A stretch of 64,000 nucleotides of DNA from Eledone cirrhosa (lineage: Eukaryota), in the NCBI GenBank assembly GCA_964016885.1, contig OZ024754.1, positions 32,612,001 through 32,676,000 on the forward strand, in the 5' to 3' direction. The position numbers and the translations under genes were made by a program. Below the pieces are notes generated by a model. It did no database searches, had not been told where the DNA came from, and saw only the letters and a list, made by a program, of their open reading frames with translations. Below, in pieces: positions 41,906-57,185 of this stretch. The stretch's first letter is position 1. Every line of letters starts with the position of its first letter.

Positions 41906-42761
41906 TTTAGAATATGTGTGAAACTACATATCCAACGGGCTTGTCGAAGACTTTTAATTTTCTGTCTGAGACCCAAGATAAAAAGCAAATTAATAATGAC
42001 CTGAACAACAGCAACAACAACAATGACAACAACAACAATGGCAAAAACAACAACAACAAAAAAGCCAGAACAGCCGCAACATTAACAACAATAACAGCAA
42101 CAATAACGACATCGAAACAATATGGCAAAGAAAATACTTGTCTAAAGCTGATAAAAAATCTAAATATATGTAAGGTGTGTTTGATGAGATCTTTAGAGTT
42201 TTAATAAGCGTAATTCACGACTTCTTTGGTGTCAATGATTCTTTTGCTCCTTCTTTTCTGAAGAGTTAAAGGGAAACAGTCAGCAAGCCAGCCAGTCATG
42301 TCTTTCTCTTTCTATGAAGGATTCAACTGCCACAAGCATGCGACCATCACAACTGGCTAAGTTTAGTGGGTGGTCGGGAGGAGATGTCGCGAGTTGTTGG
42401 GAGAAGATTCTTTTTTTTTTAGGTGATTTTTTTTTTTTGTTCAGCTCACCTCCATATATCCAGCCTCCTACCTTCCACCATCTACCTTCCACCTTCTACC
42501 ATCCACCTTCTACCTTCCACCTTCTACCTTCCACCGTCTACCCATCTCTCTCTTTACAATGAATAAGTGTTCGTTTTGGTGGTGAGTGGGAACATACACA
42601 TACGTTCATGACATTAATAATACCGCCATTATAATGATGATGATCGTCACATACATATGCAGTATTTTCTTCCACGTCGTCGTCGTCGTCGTCGTCGTCG
42701 TCATCATCATCATCGTCACCATCCTTATCACCTTAATTATCGTCTTTCTCTTTCTCATAAT

Positions 42762-43210
42762 AATGATTTCTCTTATAGGCACAAGGCCGGCAATTTTTGT
42801 GGTGAGGGTAAAAGTCGATTAAATGGACCCCAGTGCGTTACTAGTACTTTATTTTATCGACCTCGTATAGATGAGAGGCAAATCTAACCTCGGCGGGAAT
42901 TGAACTCGGAACGTAAAAGGCCGTAACTCTATGCCGCTAAACATGGTATCCGCGCTTTAGTGATACTGCCAATCCACCATCCTTCTCTTTCCCATAATAA
43001 TTGTTTCTACTTTCGGCACAAGGCCAGCAATTACCCAGTACATTACTGGTACTTTATTTACTGAAAGGCAAAGTTAACCTCGGCGAGATTTGAACTCAGA
43101 CCGTAAAGGGACGTAACTAAGCTGGAAAGCATGGCGTCCGACCCTCTAACGATACTGCCAATCCACCATAATAATGCTTTCTTTATATAGGCACAAGGCC
43201 AGTAATTTGT
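42762..43210 (-). mobile_element. SINE A cluster (two copies plus a 3' fragment)
   Basis: Consensus matches; the third copy runs into the GGT tract. Confidence 0.85.
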
Positions 43211-45880
43211 GGTGGTGATGGTATGGTGGTGATGGTATTGGTAGTGGTGTTAGTGGTGGTGGTGTAGTGGTGGTGATGGCATGGTGGTGATGGTAGTGGT
43301 GGTGATGGTAGTGGTGGTGATGGTAGTGGTAGTGGTGTTAGTGGTGGTGGTGTAGTGGTGGTGATGGCATGGTGGTGATGGTAGTGGTGGTGATGGTAGT
43401 GGTGGTGATGGTATGGTGGTGTTAGTGGTGGTGATGGTAGTGGTGGTGATGGTATGGTGGTGATGGTAGTGGTGGTGATGGTAGTGGTGGTGATGGTATT
43501 GGTAGTCGTGTTAGTGGTGGTGGTGTAGTGGTGGTGATGGTAGTGGTGGTGTTGGTAGTGGTGGTGATGGTAGTGGTAGTGGTGTTAGTGGTGGTGGTGT
43601 AGTGGTGGTGATGGTATGGTGGTGATGGTAGTGGTGGTGATGGTAGTGGTAGTGGTGTTAGTGGTGGTGGTGTAGTGGTGGTGATGGTATGGTGGTGATG
43701 GTAGTGGTGGTGATGGTAGTGGTGGTGTTGGTAGTGGTGGTGATGGTAGTAGTAGTGGTGTTAGTGGTGGTGGTGTAGTGGTGGTGATGGTATGGTGGTG
43801 TTGGTAGTGGTGGTGATGGTAGTGGTGGTGTTGGTAGTGGTGGTGATGGTAGTGGTAGTGGTGTTAGTGGTGGTGGTGTAGAGGTGGTGATGGTATGGTG
43901 GTGATGGTAGTGGTGGTGATGGTAGTGGTGGTGTTGGTAGTGGTGGTGATAGTGGTGTTGGGTATTGGTGGCGATGTTGATGTTAGTGGTGACAATGGTA
44001 GTGGTGGTGTTGGTAGTGATGGTGATGGTAGTAGTGGTGGTGGTGGTGTAGTGGTGGTGATGGTATGGTGGTGATGGTAGTGGTGGTGTTGGTAGTGGTG
44101 GTGTTGGTAGTGGTGGTGATGGTAGTGGTAGTGGTGTTAGTGGTGGTGGTGTAGAGGTGGTGATGGTATGGTGGTGATGGTAGTGGTGGTGATGGTAGTG
44201 GTGGTGTTGGTAGTGGTGGTGATAGTGGTGGTGGTGTAGTGGTGGTGATGATAGTGGTAGTGGTGTTAGTGGTGGTGGTGTAGTGGTGGTGATGGTATGG
44301 TGGTGATGGTAGTGGTGGTGTTGGTAGTGGTGGTGATAGTGGTGGTGGTGTAGTGGTGGTGATGATAGTGGTAGTGGTGTTAGTGGTGGTGGTGTAGTGG
44401 TGGTGATGGTAGTGGTGGTGATGGTAGTGGTAGTGGTGTTAGTGGTGGTGGTGTAGTGGTGGTGATGGTAGTGGTAGTGGTGTTAGTGGTGGTGGTGTAG
44501 TGGTGGTGATGGTAGTGGTAGTGGTGTTAGTGGTGGTGGTGTAGTGGTGGTGATGGTAGTGGTGGTGATGGTAGTGGTGGTGATGGTAGTGGTAGTGGTG
44601 TTAGTACTGGTGGTGTAGTGGTGGTGATGGCATGGTGGTGATGGTAGTGGTGGTGTTGGTAGTGGTGGTGATGGTAGTGGTAGTGGTGTTAGTGGTGGTG
44701 ATGGTAGTGGTAGTGGTGTTAGTGGTGGTGATGGCATGGTGGTGATGGTAGTGGTGGTGTTGGTAGTGGTGGTGATAGTGGTGGTGGTGTAGTGGTGGTG
44801 ATGGTATAGGTGACGATGGTAGTGGTCGTGATGGTAGTGGTGGTGATGGTAGTGGTAGTGGTGTTAGTGGTGGTGGTGTAGTGGTGGTGATGGTAGTAGT
44901 GGTGATGGTAGTGGTGGTGATGGTAGTGGTAGTGGTGTTAGTGGTGGTGATGGTATTGGTGACGATGGTAGTGGTCGTGATGGTGGTGTTAGTGGTGGTG
45001 GTGTAGTGGTTGTGATGATAGTGGTAGTGGTGTTAGTGGTGGTGGTGTAGTGGTGGTGATGGTAGTGGTAGTGGTGTTAGTGGTGGTGATGGTATAGTGG
45101 TGATGGTATTGGTGACGATGGTAGTGGTCGTGATGGTAGTGGTAGTGGTGTTAGTGGTGGTGGTGTAGTGGTGGTGATGGTAGTGGTGGTGATGGTAGTG
45201 GTAGTGGTGTTAGTGGTGGTGGTGTAGTGGTGGTGATGGTAGTGGTGGTGATGGTAGTAGTAGTGATGGTAGTGGTGGTGTTGGTATGATGGTGATGGTA
45301 GTGGTGGTGATGGTAGTAGTAGTGACGGTAGTGGTGGTGTTGGTATGATGGTGATGGTGTTGGTGTTGATGGTAGTGGTGGTGTTGGTATGATGGTGATG
45401 GTAGTGGTGGTGATGGTAGTAGTAGTGACGGTAGTGGTGGTGTTGGTATGATGGTGATGGTAGTGGTGGTGATGGTAGTGGTGGTGATGGTAGTGGTGGT
45501 GTTGGTAGTGGTGGTGATGGTAGTGGTAGTGGTGTTAGTGGTGGTTATGGCAGTAGTAGTGATGGTAGTGGTGGTTATGGTAGTGGTAGTGGTGACGATG
45601 GTAGTGGTGGTGATAGTAGTGGTGATGATGGTAGTGGTGGTGGTGATGGTAGTGGTGGTGGTGATGGTATTGGTCACAATGGTAGTGGTGGTGTTGGGTA
45701 TTGGTGGCGATGTTGATGTTAGTGGTGACAATGGTAGTGGTGGTGTTGGTAGTGATGGTGATGGTAGTAGTGGTGGTGGTGGTGATAGTTGTAGTGATGG
45801 TAGTGGCGATGATGATGATGGTAGTGGTGACAATGGTAGTGGTGGTAGTGGTACTGGTGTCAGTAATGGCAGGTACTGCT
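43209..45880. repeat. ~2.7 kb degenerate (GGT/GAT/AGT)n tandem tract
   Basis: Units such as GGTAGTGGTGGTGAT and GGTGTTAGTGGTGGTGGTGTAGT. Confidence 0.95.
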
Positions 45881-46246
45881 GTTGATGTGACAGTAGATCC
45901 CACATATAATACGTAAGATGGTATTCCAGATTTCCAAGTAATGAATAACTGGAAGGTAAAATGTTAGAAGGAAGTGAGAAATGCTGGATTATGAAGGAAG
46001 GGTCTAGAACAAAGCTCAGATCTTGTGTGTGTGTGTGTGTGTTTATGTGCGTATGTGTGTGCGTGTGCATCTCTATTTATCGTTGCATCTCTCCCTCCGT
46101 CTATCTATCTAATTATTTACCCTCTTTCCTATCCCTCCCTTTCCCTCTATATATACATATAATATATATTATACATATAAGTAAGAGAAATGAAATTTCG
46201 TTTCATTTTTTCCGTTTATATATTATACATATATATGTATATATAA

Positions 46247-46368
<122 letters not shown>

Positions 46369-46685
46369 TCACAAGAATCAAAGCTATGTTCAAAGCATTT
46401 ATTCACTTACAATTGTTTCATCCAAACCTAGGCTTGAGGTCTTCGGACCATTTTTCAATGCTTGCACACATAATTGACCTCCTTTCCAACGCAAGAGACA
46501 TACAGATACATATATATATATCTATTGATGTACACTGACCTTCACTGTTTAGGGTTTTAAATATACATAACTATCAAAAGTTTTAGTATATACATAACCA
46601 TAAATAGTATCCTTAATATTATATATATATATTAATTCAAAATATTAACAAAATAGATATTCTTGTGATCAAGTATATTTTATTA

Positions 46686-46742
46686 TACATATTTCAGAGG
46701 TACTGAGTTAAGTTCAACAGTACGTCCTCATCAGATAAAATA
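46686..46742 (-). ncRNA. Hammerhead-like motif, family P2
   Basis: TTTTAT-CTGATGA-GGACGTACTG...CAGTACCTCT-GAAAT-ATGTATAATAAAA. Confidence 0.6.
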
Positions 46743-46853
46743 AGATGATGCATGGCATACCCTGACATAGTAGATGGTTAAGATTCAGTCATGGTAGTAA
46801 TCCAATCTATTGTAAAACTCATTCTTTGATTTATTCATTGAATCTTGTTTAAC

Positions 46854-46920
<67 letters not shown>

Positions 46921-46977
46921 TATAAATATTAATAAAATAGATGTTCTTTGACATAATCATTGAATATCGTTTAACAC

Positions 46978-47014
<37 letters not shown>

Positions 47015-47135
47015 CAATAAGAAGTCAGATTTGCAGCTTGTTATGAAACCTTATTGCAATTTACAATATATATATATATATATATAATATAATATAAGAC
47101 AAAAGATTGTTAAAAGAGTTCCATGTATTTTATTA

Positions 47136-47196
47136 TGCGCATTTCAAAAACAAATATCATCATGAGATGACATTTGCGTTTTCGTCAGATAAAATA
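47136..47196 (-). ncRNA. Hammerhead-like motif, family P2
   Basis: TTTTAT-CTGACGA-AAACGCAAATGTCATC(TCAT)GATGATATTTGTTTTT-GAAAT-GCGCATAATAAAA. Confidence 0.6.
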
Positions 47197-47248
47197 GGGA
47201 GACATGATGTGGAGGTTAAAAAACACTTGTGAATAGTGCAGTTTTAAA

Positions 47249-47412
47249 TCAACCGGTTTCAAGACCCAAATTTGACCATCCCTCCAGAAAACAAGAGACA
47301 TTAAAATAGTGACCTTTCTTCAAGCACTAAGACCTAATATATTAGCGAGTATTAACGCCTGAAGAAAGGTCACTATTTTGACACCTCTTACTTTCTGGTA
47401 ATATTAAATTTG
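47249..47412. mobile_element. Fold-back with hammerhead-like motif on the minus strand
   Basis: TTGAAGA-AAGGTCA...TGGGTCTT-GAAAC-CGGTT; inverted partial copy with CTGAAGAAAGGTCAC at about 47359. Confidence 0.5.
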
Positions 47413-47935
47413 GATTGGCAGTATGGGTAGAGGGTCGGACGCCATGCTTTCCAGCATAGTTACGTCCCTTTACGATCTGAGTTCAAATCCCGCCGAGGTT
47501 GACTTTGCCTTTCATCCTTACGGGGTCGATAAAATAAAGTACCAGTAATACACTGGGTAATTGCTGGCCTTGTGCCTAACGTAGAAACAAATATTAAATT
47601 TTTGGACGATTGGTGGTGGATTGGTGGTGGATTGGCAGTATCGGTAGAGGGTCGGACGCCATGCTTTGACGCATAGAGTTACGGCCCTTGCCACTCTGAG
47701 TTCAAATCCCGCCGAGGTTAACTTTGCCTTTCATCCTTACGGGGTCAATAAAATAAAGTACCAGTAATGTACTGGGTATTTGATGGCCTTGTGCCAAAAG
47801 TAGACACAATATTAAATTTCTGGACCGTAGTGTATTACTGGTACTTTATTTTATCGACCCCGTAAGGACGAAAGGCAAAGTTAACCTTGGCGGAATTAGA
47901 ACTCAGAAGGCCGGAATTGAATGCCGCAAAGCATA
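47411..47935. mobile_element. SINE A cluster (two + copies, one - fragment)
   Basis: Copies at 47411-47592, 47626-47812 and 47835-47935. Confidence 0.85.
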
Positions 47936-47944
47936 TATGGTTTG

Positions 47945-47983
<39 letters not shown>

Positions 47984-47993
47984 GTATATATAA

Positions 47994-48074
<81 letters not shown>

Positions 48075-48144
48075 TATATGTATATATACATGTATATATA
48101 TATATATATATATGTATATATAAATATATATATATATGTATATA

Positions 48145-48202
<58 letters not shown>

Positions 48203-48264
48203 TATATGTATATATACATGTATATATATATATGTATATATAAATATATATATATATGTATATA

Positions 48265-48322
<58 letters not shown>

Positions 48323-48366
48323 TATATGTATATATACATGTATATATATATATATATATGTATATA

Positions 48367-48422
<56 letters not shown>

Positions 48423-48428
48423 CATATA

Positions 48429-48477
<49 letters not shown>

Positions 48478-49122
48478 GTATATATATATGTATACATATA
48501 TATATATATGTATATATATTTATATATATATATATATATATATTAATATATATATATATATACATACATATCTTATTCGTTAGAGAGGTTTTTGGAGAAT
48601 TGGTCGGTTATCTGCTAAAAATATTTTTCTCGCTGCCGATGTCCCCCTTCCTAGCTCTCTCTCTCAGTCTCCACCCCCTCTCTCTCCATCTCCCCCCTCT
48701 TTCTCACTATCTCTCTCTCTTACCTCCCTTCAACACTTCTTACCTCCCTTTCCAACTCCGCTCTTCTCTATACACCCCATTATGTCGTATCAATAACATA
48801 ACTTTCTCTTTAAAATTTCCTCCTTTCTCTTCCTTTTCACTAAACCTGTTTCCTCCTCTCTCTCTTTTCTCTTTTCCTCTCTCTCACTGTTCCCCCCTCT
48901 CTCTCTCTGTGTTAGTGCGTGAGTAACCGTGTGTGTCAGCGTGAGTGTTAGTGTGCGTGTTAGTGTGTCTGTAAGTCTGTGTGTAAGTGCGGGATGGTTG
49001 TTTATTGGTGAATGCATGTGTTTCTTATCTTCTTTTTCTTTCGGGATTCTCTCAATCTCCATCTGACATTCAAACTTATCTAATAAATAAATATACAAGG
49101 CAGTGTATATATATATATATAT

Positions 49123-49251
<129 letters not shown>

Positions 49252-49260
49252 TATATACAT

Positions 49261-49333
<73 letters not shown>

Positions 49334-49340
49334 TATATAC

Positions 49341-49447
<107 letters not shown>

Positions 49448-49526
49448 CATACATATATATATATATACATGTATATATATATACATATATATATATGTAT
49501 GCATATATATCCATATATATATATGC

Positions 49527-49571
<45 letters not shown>

Positions 49572-49889
49572 TATATATGTGAGTGTGTGTGTGTGTGTAT
49601 CTACATGTACGTGTGTATACGTATTCAGTTAAGCACGTATATCAACGTAAACATACAAGTTGAAAACTCCATGACAAATTATTTCATGGGGCGCACGAGC
49701 ACGACACTTCTCGTCAGATGTCCATTCATCCGCCACAAGGAAGCAATACTACAATTTATAAGACATATAATGAAACAAGACTACAGAGAAAAACATTAGT
49801 TGATAACAATTATGTATACAATTCTGAAAATAACCAGGCAAATATGTATGGAAGCTTTAAGCTTTACTAATAACAAAATACAAAACAAA

Positions 49890-50492
49890 TATGTTTTCTG
49901 ATTTAGGCACAGGGCCAAAAATTTTGGGCGTTGGTAAAGTCAATTAAATCGACCCTAGTGCATTACTGGTATTTTATTTTAATAATCATGTAATAATGGT
50001 TTCTTATATAGGCACAAGGCCAGTGATTTTTTTTTTGGGGGGGGGGGAGGGGGGGGGTCAATTAAATCGACCCCAGTGCATTACTGGTATTTTATTTTAT
50101 CGACCATGAAATTGTTTCTACTTTTGGCACAAGGCCAGCAATTATCTCAGTGTATTACTGGTACTTTATTTTATCGACCCCGTAAGGATGAAAGGCAAAG
50201 TTAACCTTGACGGGTTAACATCGACCATGTAATAATGGTTTCTTATATAGGCACAAGGCCAGTGATTTTTTTGGGGGTGGGGGGGGAGTCGATTAAATCG
50301 ATCCCAGTGCGTGACTGGTACTTTATTTTATTGACCCCATAAGGCAAAGTTAACCTCGGCGAGATTTGAACTCAGATCATAAAGGGCCGTAACTCTATGC
50401 TTTAAAGCATGGCGTCCGACCCTCTACTGATACTGCCAATCCACCGCCCTCGGCGGGATTGAAACTCAGAATGTAAAGGGCCATAACTCTAT
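49890..50492 (-). mobile_element. Stack of SINE A 3' fragments and one full copy
   Basis: Four successive GGCACAAGGCCAG-type tails; head at about 50450. Confidence 0.8.
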
Positions 50493-50715
50493 GTCTGGCC
50501 ATTTTCACATGGGGCTGTTATTGTTCAAATGGCTAACAATGAAATTTAGAAAAAAAAATAAAATCCAAAAATTTAATAAAATATAATTAAGCCTAGTCAA
50601 TCCAAAACTATCGTTGGTGACAATTGATGAAGGTTCCACCGAGGGATGTTGAACCCAGAAGCACGTATGCTGTTCCTGTACAAAGTTTTGATCGTCATAT
50701 TTCTTTAGAAAAGAA

Positions 50716-51234
50716 CTAGACCACCCGTGACCCGTTGGGTCGGGTTCAGTCGAAAATATTTTTTTTAAAATCATGTTCACTTAAAAATAATTTTTAAATA
50801 ATTAAAATGTACAGATATGTCTCTCTTTAAATCTACTACTCTCACACTACTATCTCTTTCTCTCTATCTTTGTCCCTCTCTATTTATGAAAACCCATAGA
50901 CACACACACACATATACATACAGATATATATATACACAACAACACCACTAGCTTTCTCTCTTCTATTCTCCTTCTCTGTCTCCTCTTCCTCTCTCTATGT
51001 CCCTCTTTCAATCTATTCCCTCTCAACCTATCCTTCTCTCTCTCTGTTTATGGAGGTACCCAGAAAACCCCATATGTCGGGACCCCGTGCTCCGATTTAC
51101 GCGAAACTTGTTTTATTCCATTTAAATTCCCATTTCAGGGACAACATCCTTTCAAGTTATTTTCGCATTATGCGCCGTTTTGGCTGTAGACATTACAGAC
51201 AAAACACAATCACAGAGTTTTAACAGTATATAGA
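50716..51234 (-). mobile_element. Non-autonomous Helitron with both termini
   Basis: 5' A|TCTATATACTGTTAAAA; 3' GC hairpin ACCCG-ACCC(AAC)GGGT-CA-CGGGT followed by CTAG|T. Confidence 0.8.
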
Positions 51235-51499
51235 TTATCCGCTAGAAAGCGAAAATATATGTCTCTTTAATAAAGTACAAAAATTTGATCGTTAAATCCA
51301 AGCGCTCCTGATCTGTTGATGGCCGACGCCATATTGGATCCATTCCAACTTTTTCCATTAGTATGTTCACCATTTGTTTTTTAGTCTCATTTTTTTCTTA
51401 TATAATTTAGTTCTGTTTAGCTAATACATGATTAACGTACATTGCTCTAGCTTCTGAAAGTTTGAGTACTTTACTTTGTACCCGTAAGACTTGCTCTCA

Positions 51500-51579
<80 letters not shown>

Positions 51580-51611
51580 CGTATACTGTCACTCTCTCTA
51601 TCTATCGCTGC

Positions 51612-51663
<52 letters not shown>

Positions 51664-52075
51664 CGAGACTGAGAGAGAGAGAGAGAAAGAGAGGGAGAGA
51701 GAGAGAGAAAGAGAGAGGGAGAGAGAGAGAGGGAGAGAGAGAGAGAGACGCAGGAATATGATAACAACCAAGGATGCAGAACAGAAAATAAAAATAATGA
51801 TGTACCAGGGAAAAACTAGTCTTACACTTTCAACACAACTACACACATACATACACACACATATACACAAACATACACATACACACCCACACACACACAC
51901 AAACACAAACAACATATGAATACACTGACTCACTGAAATTGAACACATATACACGCAGACACTGATACACGCGTACACACACACACACACTGAAAACATC
52001 CACTTAACAGTATTACAATGAAATACATACATACATATATACATACATACTTGCATGCTTACATACACATATATA

Positions 52076-52152
<77 letters not shown>

Positions 52153-52191
52153 ATATATACAACTATATATATGTATACATATATATATAAA

Positions 52192-52261
<70 letters not shown>

Positions 52262-52300
52262 ACTATATATCTGTATATATATATATAAATATATGTATAT

Positions 52301-52349
<49 letters not shown>

Positions 52350-52404
52350 ACTATATATATATACAACTATATATATATATACAACTATATATATATATAT
52401 ATAC

Positions 52405-52526
<122 letters not shown>

Positions 52527-53138
52527 CGCAGCAGAAGACGTAAATATATAATTGTCTGTAAATCATGCTTATTATAGTTAAACAGTTACTTTTTCCGGTA
52601 TATTATACTTTTTCCCCGTTTATATATCTATATTTACATACATACACACGCATATATATATATATGTACATATATATATATGTACATATATATATATGTG
52701 CGTGTGTGTATGTATATATATATATACGCACACATATATAGTTAAGTGTATATATATGTATATGAATTAGTATACATATATATTTATGTATATATTTATG
52801 TATATATATATATATATATATATACATTATATATATATATTATACATGTATATATATATATATATACATTATACATATAATGTATATATACATTATTATA
52901 TATATATACATTATACATATAGATATATATAAATATATAAGTATATATATATATGTATATATATATACATATACACATATATATAGTTGCATATATACAC
53001 ATATGTATTCATATATATATATAATATAAATATACATATATGTATGTATATTTATATGTATATATATATGTGTATATATATATGTATATATATATTTATA
53101 CATGTGTATGTATATGCATATATACATGTGTATGTATA

Positions 53139-53192
<54 letters not shown>

Positions 53193-53510
53193 GTATTTCT
53201 GCCAATTTTCATGAGGTTATTTTCATCATGTTTTTCCGAGTGTTTTATCGTATAATGTTTATCAACCTAAACTGTTTTGTTCTCTTCAGAAAATTGCTTC
53301 CTTTCTTTTTTGTTGTTCCTCTTCATACATATTTGCTGCTAAGATGGTGATGACAATAATGGTGTAGTGTTTACAATGATATGGTGGTATGGTGGTGCGG
53401 TGGTGTGGTGGTGTGGTGGTGTGGTGGTGTGATTTACAGAAATCAGTTGGAGTTGGAGATCAGCAGTGACGGCAAAACCAAAGTTTCTCATTTCTTGCCT
53501 ACAAGTTTTT

Positions 53511-53571
<61 letters not shown>

Positions 53572-53678
53572 ATATATATATATACATATATATATATACA
53601 TATATATATGTACATATATACATATATATACATATATATATGTACATACCAAAAAAAGGCAAGAAATGAATAACAATG

Positions 53679-53757
<79 letters not shown>

Positions 53758-54260
53758 ATATGTATATCAATGGAAAAATCATATATATATATATATATAT
53801 ATACTTTCCTTCTTCTATTCATTTTTTCTCTCTTTTCATATTTGTTTTTTATATATTTATATATTTAATTATTTTTTGTCAGTCTTGCCATCATCAGGTC
53901 TTAGGTTTTGACATAATAATGTCTTCTTATTTCAGATATTTACTTCTTTGGAAATATCGTGATTTGGTTTTTTTTCATAATTTTATAAACCAGCATTCCA
54001 TTTATTGTTTTGCAAATATTTTTTAAGTTGTTGGTAGCAGTAGGTTTTTTTTTTGTTCTTCTTCTTCTACTTCTTTCTTACCTAGTTAGATTATCACCGA
54101 CAGTTCCTACACAAACTCCACAACTCCACCTGACTTTTTTTTGATGTTCTTGTTGTTGCTGTTGATGGTATTTTTTCTCCACCATACACCATACACCATA
54201 ACTTACTTTAATTCATTTCCACACATATCATTCCGATCCAAGCACATTTTTTATTAAATT

Positions 54261-54334
54261 TTCTTCTTCTTCTTCTTCTTCTTCTTCTTCTTCTTCTTCT
54301 TCTTCTTCTTCTTCTTCTTCTTCTTCTTCTTCTT
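54261..54334. repeat. (TTC)n microsatellite
   Basis: Direct reading. Confidence 0.95.
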
Positions 54335-54499
54335 GTACACAGACACAAATAACGCATCTTGTTACAAATCAACACATATAAACGAACGCACACGCAGATA
54401 CACACACATAAATAAATATAGGTACACACATACACATATATCTGTGTTTAATAAAATTGTTTCTGTATTCAAGACGGTTTTTTTTATTTCACAAAATCG

Positions 54500-54537
<38 letters not shown>

Positions 54538-54548
54538 CATACATATAG

Positions 54549-54618
<70 letters not shown>

Positions 54619-54820
54619 TGAGAAAGAAACCGAGAGAAAGTGAGAAGTGGAGAAGGAAACAGAGATGGATATATATATATATATTTTTTTTTTTTTAGAT
54701 ATATGTATATTTATACGTGTATATTGGATGTTGGTGTATATAAATATTCAATATACAAAGACATAAACACACCCTCATACGTACATAAAGAATTTTGACA
54801 GAATTAAATCAGCATCCTTG

Positions 54821-54887
<67 letters not shown>

Positions 54888-55021
54888 TATATACCAATTT
54901 GTGAGTACATCTGTATTTATTTATGCATACATATATATTTCTTGTTGTATACTTTACATACATATATGTATGTGAGTACGTTTGTGCATATATACAGAAA
55001 TACATACACACATGTACATGC

Positions 55022-55093
<72 letters not shown>

Positions 55094-55119
55094 GTATATA
55101 TACATATATTCATATATAC

Positions 55120-55151
<32 letters not shown>

Positions 55152-55304
55152 TTATATATATATAGGAAAATGTTCAAGACTCCGACAGCGGAGTTCAGAC
55201 CGTTTCGACGACTATTTCTAGACCTATTACGTACTCTACTACCCTAAGTATTGAGTACTCTGGTGCGGTATGATCCACCCAGTTCCTTACTACTTATAAC
55301 TTCG

Positions 55305-55381
<77 letters not shown>

Positions 55382-55389
55382 TATATAGA

Positions 55390-55875
55390 TATATATAAAT
55401 ATACGATATTAACAAATGGAAACTCCCGGGAGCTTCTTTAAGGGTATGTCAATATTTATTTATAAAACTGCTCTATATTATATTTTATCTGATGAAAGCA
55501 CACCATAGTTTAACTTGGTCTCCTTGAAATATGTATAATAAAATAAATATGGTTTTATAAATATAGTTTCCATTTGTTAATATCGTATATTTACTCCAAA
55601 TACTTGTTGAGTGCTTTATATCAGTTATAAAAATATTTGCTTGTTGTATCCCAACAATTTAAATAGAACTTTTGTATATATATATATATATATATATACT
55701 TTAACTTTAATTATATCTCATAAAATAATACAACTGGTTTTTCCACATTATACATATTGTTAGCACCCCAAACACTTAAATTGGGTCTATATTTTAATAT
55801 AACCTAATGTTTGTTGAGTGAGATGGTTACCAGTCAGAGTTGTTTAGCTTTAAACTATCTCTGTTATTGTATTAT
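55390..55875 (+). mobile_element. Family P2 element with CTGATGA...GAAAT core, short inverted arm and downstream module
   Basis: Core 55489-55530; arms about 55398-55425 and 55565-55592; 55590-55875 resembles 28907-29185. Confidence 0.6.
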
Positions 55876-56222
55876 ATATATATATATTTATATATATATA
55901 TATATATTAAGATTGAGTCAATGTTCCTTTACTGTGGAGTATTTTTCTCTATGTCTGATGAACGCATAGAACACCAAGAAACATGTCTCTACTAAGATGT
56001 CATTAACTTATGAAACTATTAATCTCTATTTTACTATTGTGCGTGCATTCTCGTAATCCTCAATTCTAGTATTCATCAAAACTGATATATACATACACGC
56101 ATGCACACATACATCACTCAGTCTCAAATACACACCCACACATGCAAACACACATGCACACACGTGAACATACGATATTAGAAAGGTAGGTTTAAAATGT
56201 TCTTACTAGCTTATATCTCCCC

Positions 56223-56416
56223 AAATTGAGACTTTGACGTAAGTTTAATGTTTAATTAGTTCTCTGAGTTTGAGACTGAGTTGGATACATACATACATAC
56301 ATGATGGCTTCCCCCTCGTTATCGAGTATGGCCATTGCACAATAAAAAAAAAAAATAAAAAAAAATAAATAATAATAATAAATAAATTTAAAAAAAAAAG
56401 TAAAGAAAAAAAAGAA

Positions 56417-56447
<31 letters not shown>

Positions 56448-56550
56448 TATACACATACATACATATATACATACACACATACATACACATACACTCACAC
56501 ATATATACACACATACATTAATAACAATAATAATAATAAGATACATACAT

Positions 56551-56631
<81 letters not shown>

Positions 56632-56712
56632 TGTATGTATGTATGTATCAAACTCAATATCAAACTCAGAGAACTAATTAAACATATTCAACTTACGTCA
56701 AAGTCTCAATTT
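56223..56712. repeat. Inverted repeat (~65-bp arms) around a microsatellite-filled spacer
   Basis: AAATTGAGACTTTGACGTAAGTT... and ...AACTTACGTCAAAGTCTCAATTT. Confidence 0.75.
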
Positions 56713-56890
56713 ATATATACACACATATATATATATATACATATACATATATACATATACATATATATATATACATATATATATATACATATATGTATAT
56801 ACATATATATATATACATATATGTATATACATATATAAATATATACATATATGTATATACATATATATATATATACATATATGTATATAC

Positions 56891-56921
<31 letters not shown>

Positions 56922-56928
56922 CATATAC

Positions 56929-56959
<31 letters not shown>

Positions 56960-56967
56960 CATATATG

Positions 56968-57054
<87 letters not shown>

Positions 57055-57100
57055 TATAATACAAGGGCAATGTGTTATGCCTTCATTACGTTTATTGATT

Positions 57101-57185
57101 GGTGACGCGCGTTTCGCTATAGATCAGCTCAATTTTCGATCTGTATTGAGCTGGCCCGACTCTGGAATCAAAAACTCGTCGGACT
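57101..57185 (-). ncRNA. Degenerate hammerhead-like motif
   Basis: CCGACGAG...AGC-GAAAC-GCGC-GTC; related 3' half at about 40886-40903. Confidence 0.5.

Noticed and set aside
49670-49718. CTGACGAG...GAAAT on the minus strand as another hammerhead
   Set aside because: No convincing stem II closure or stem I
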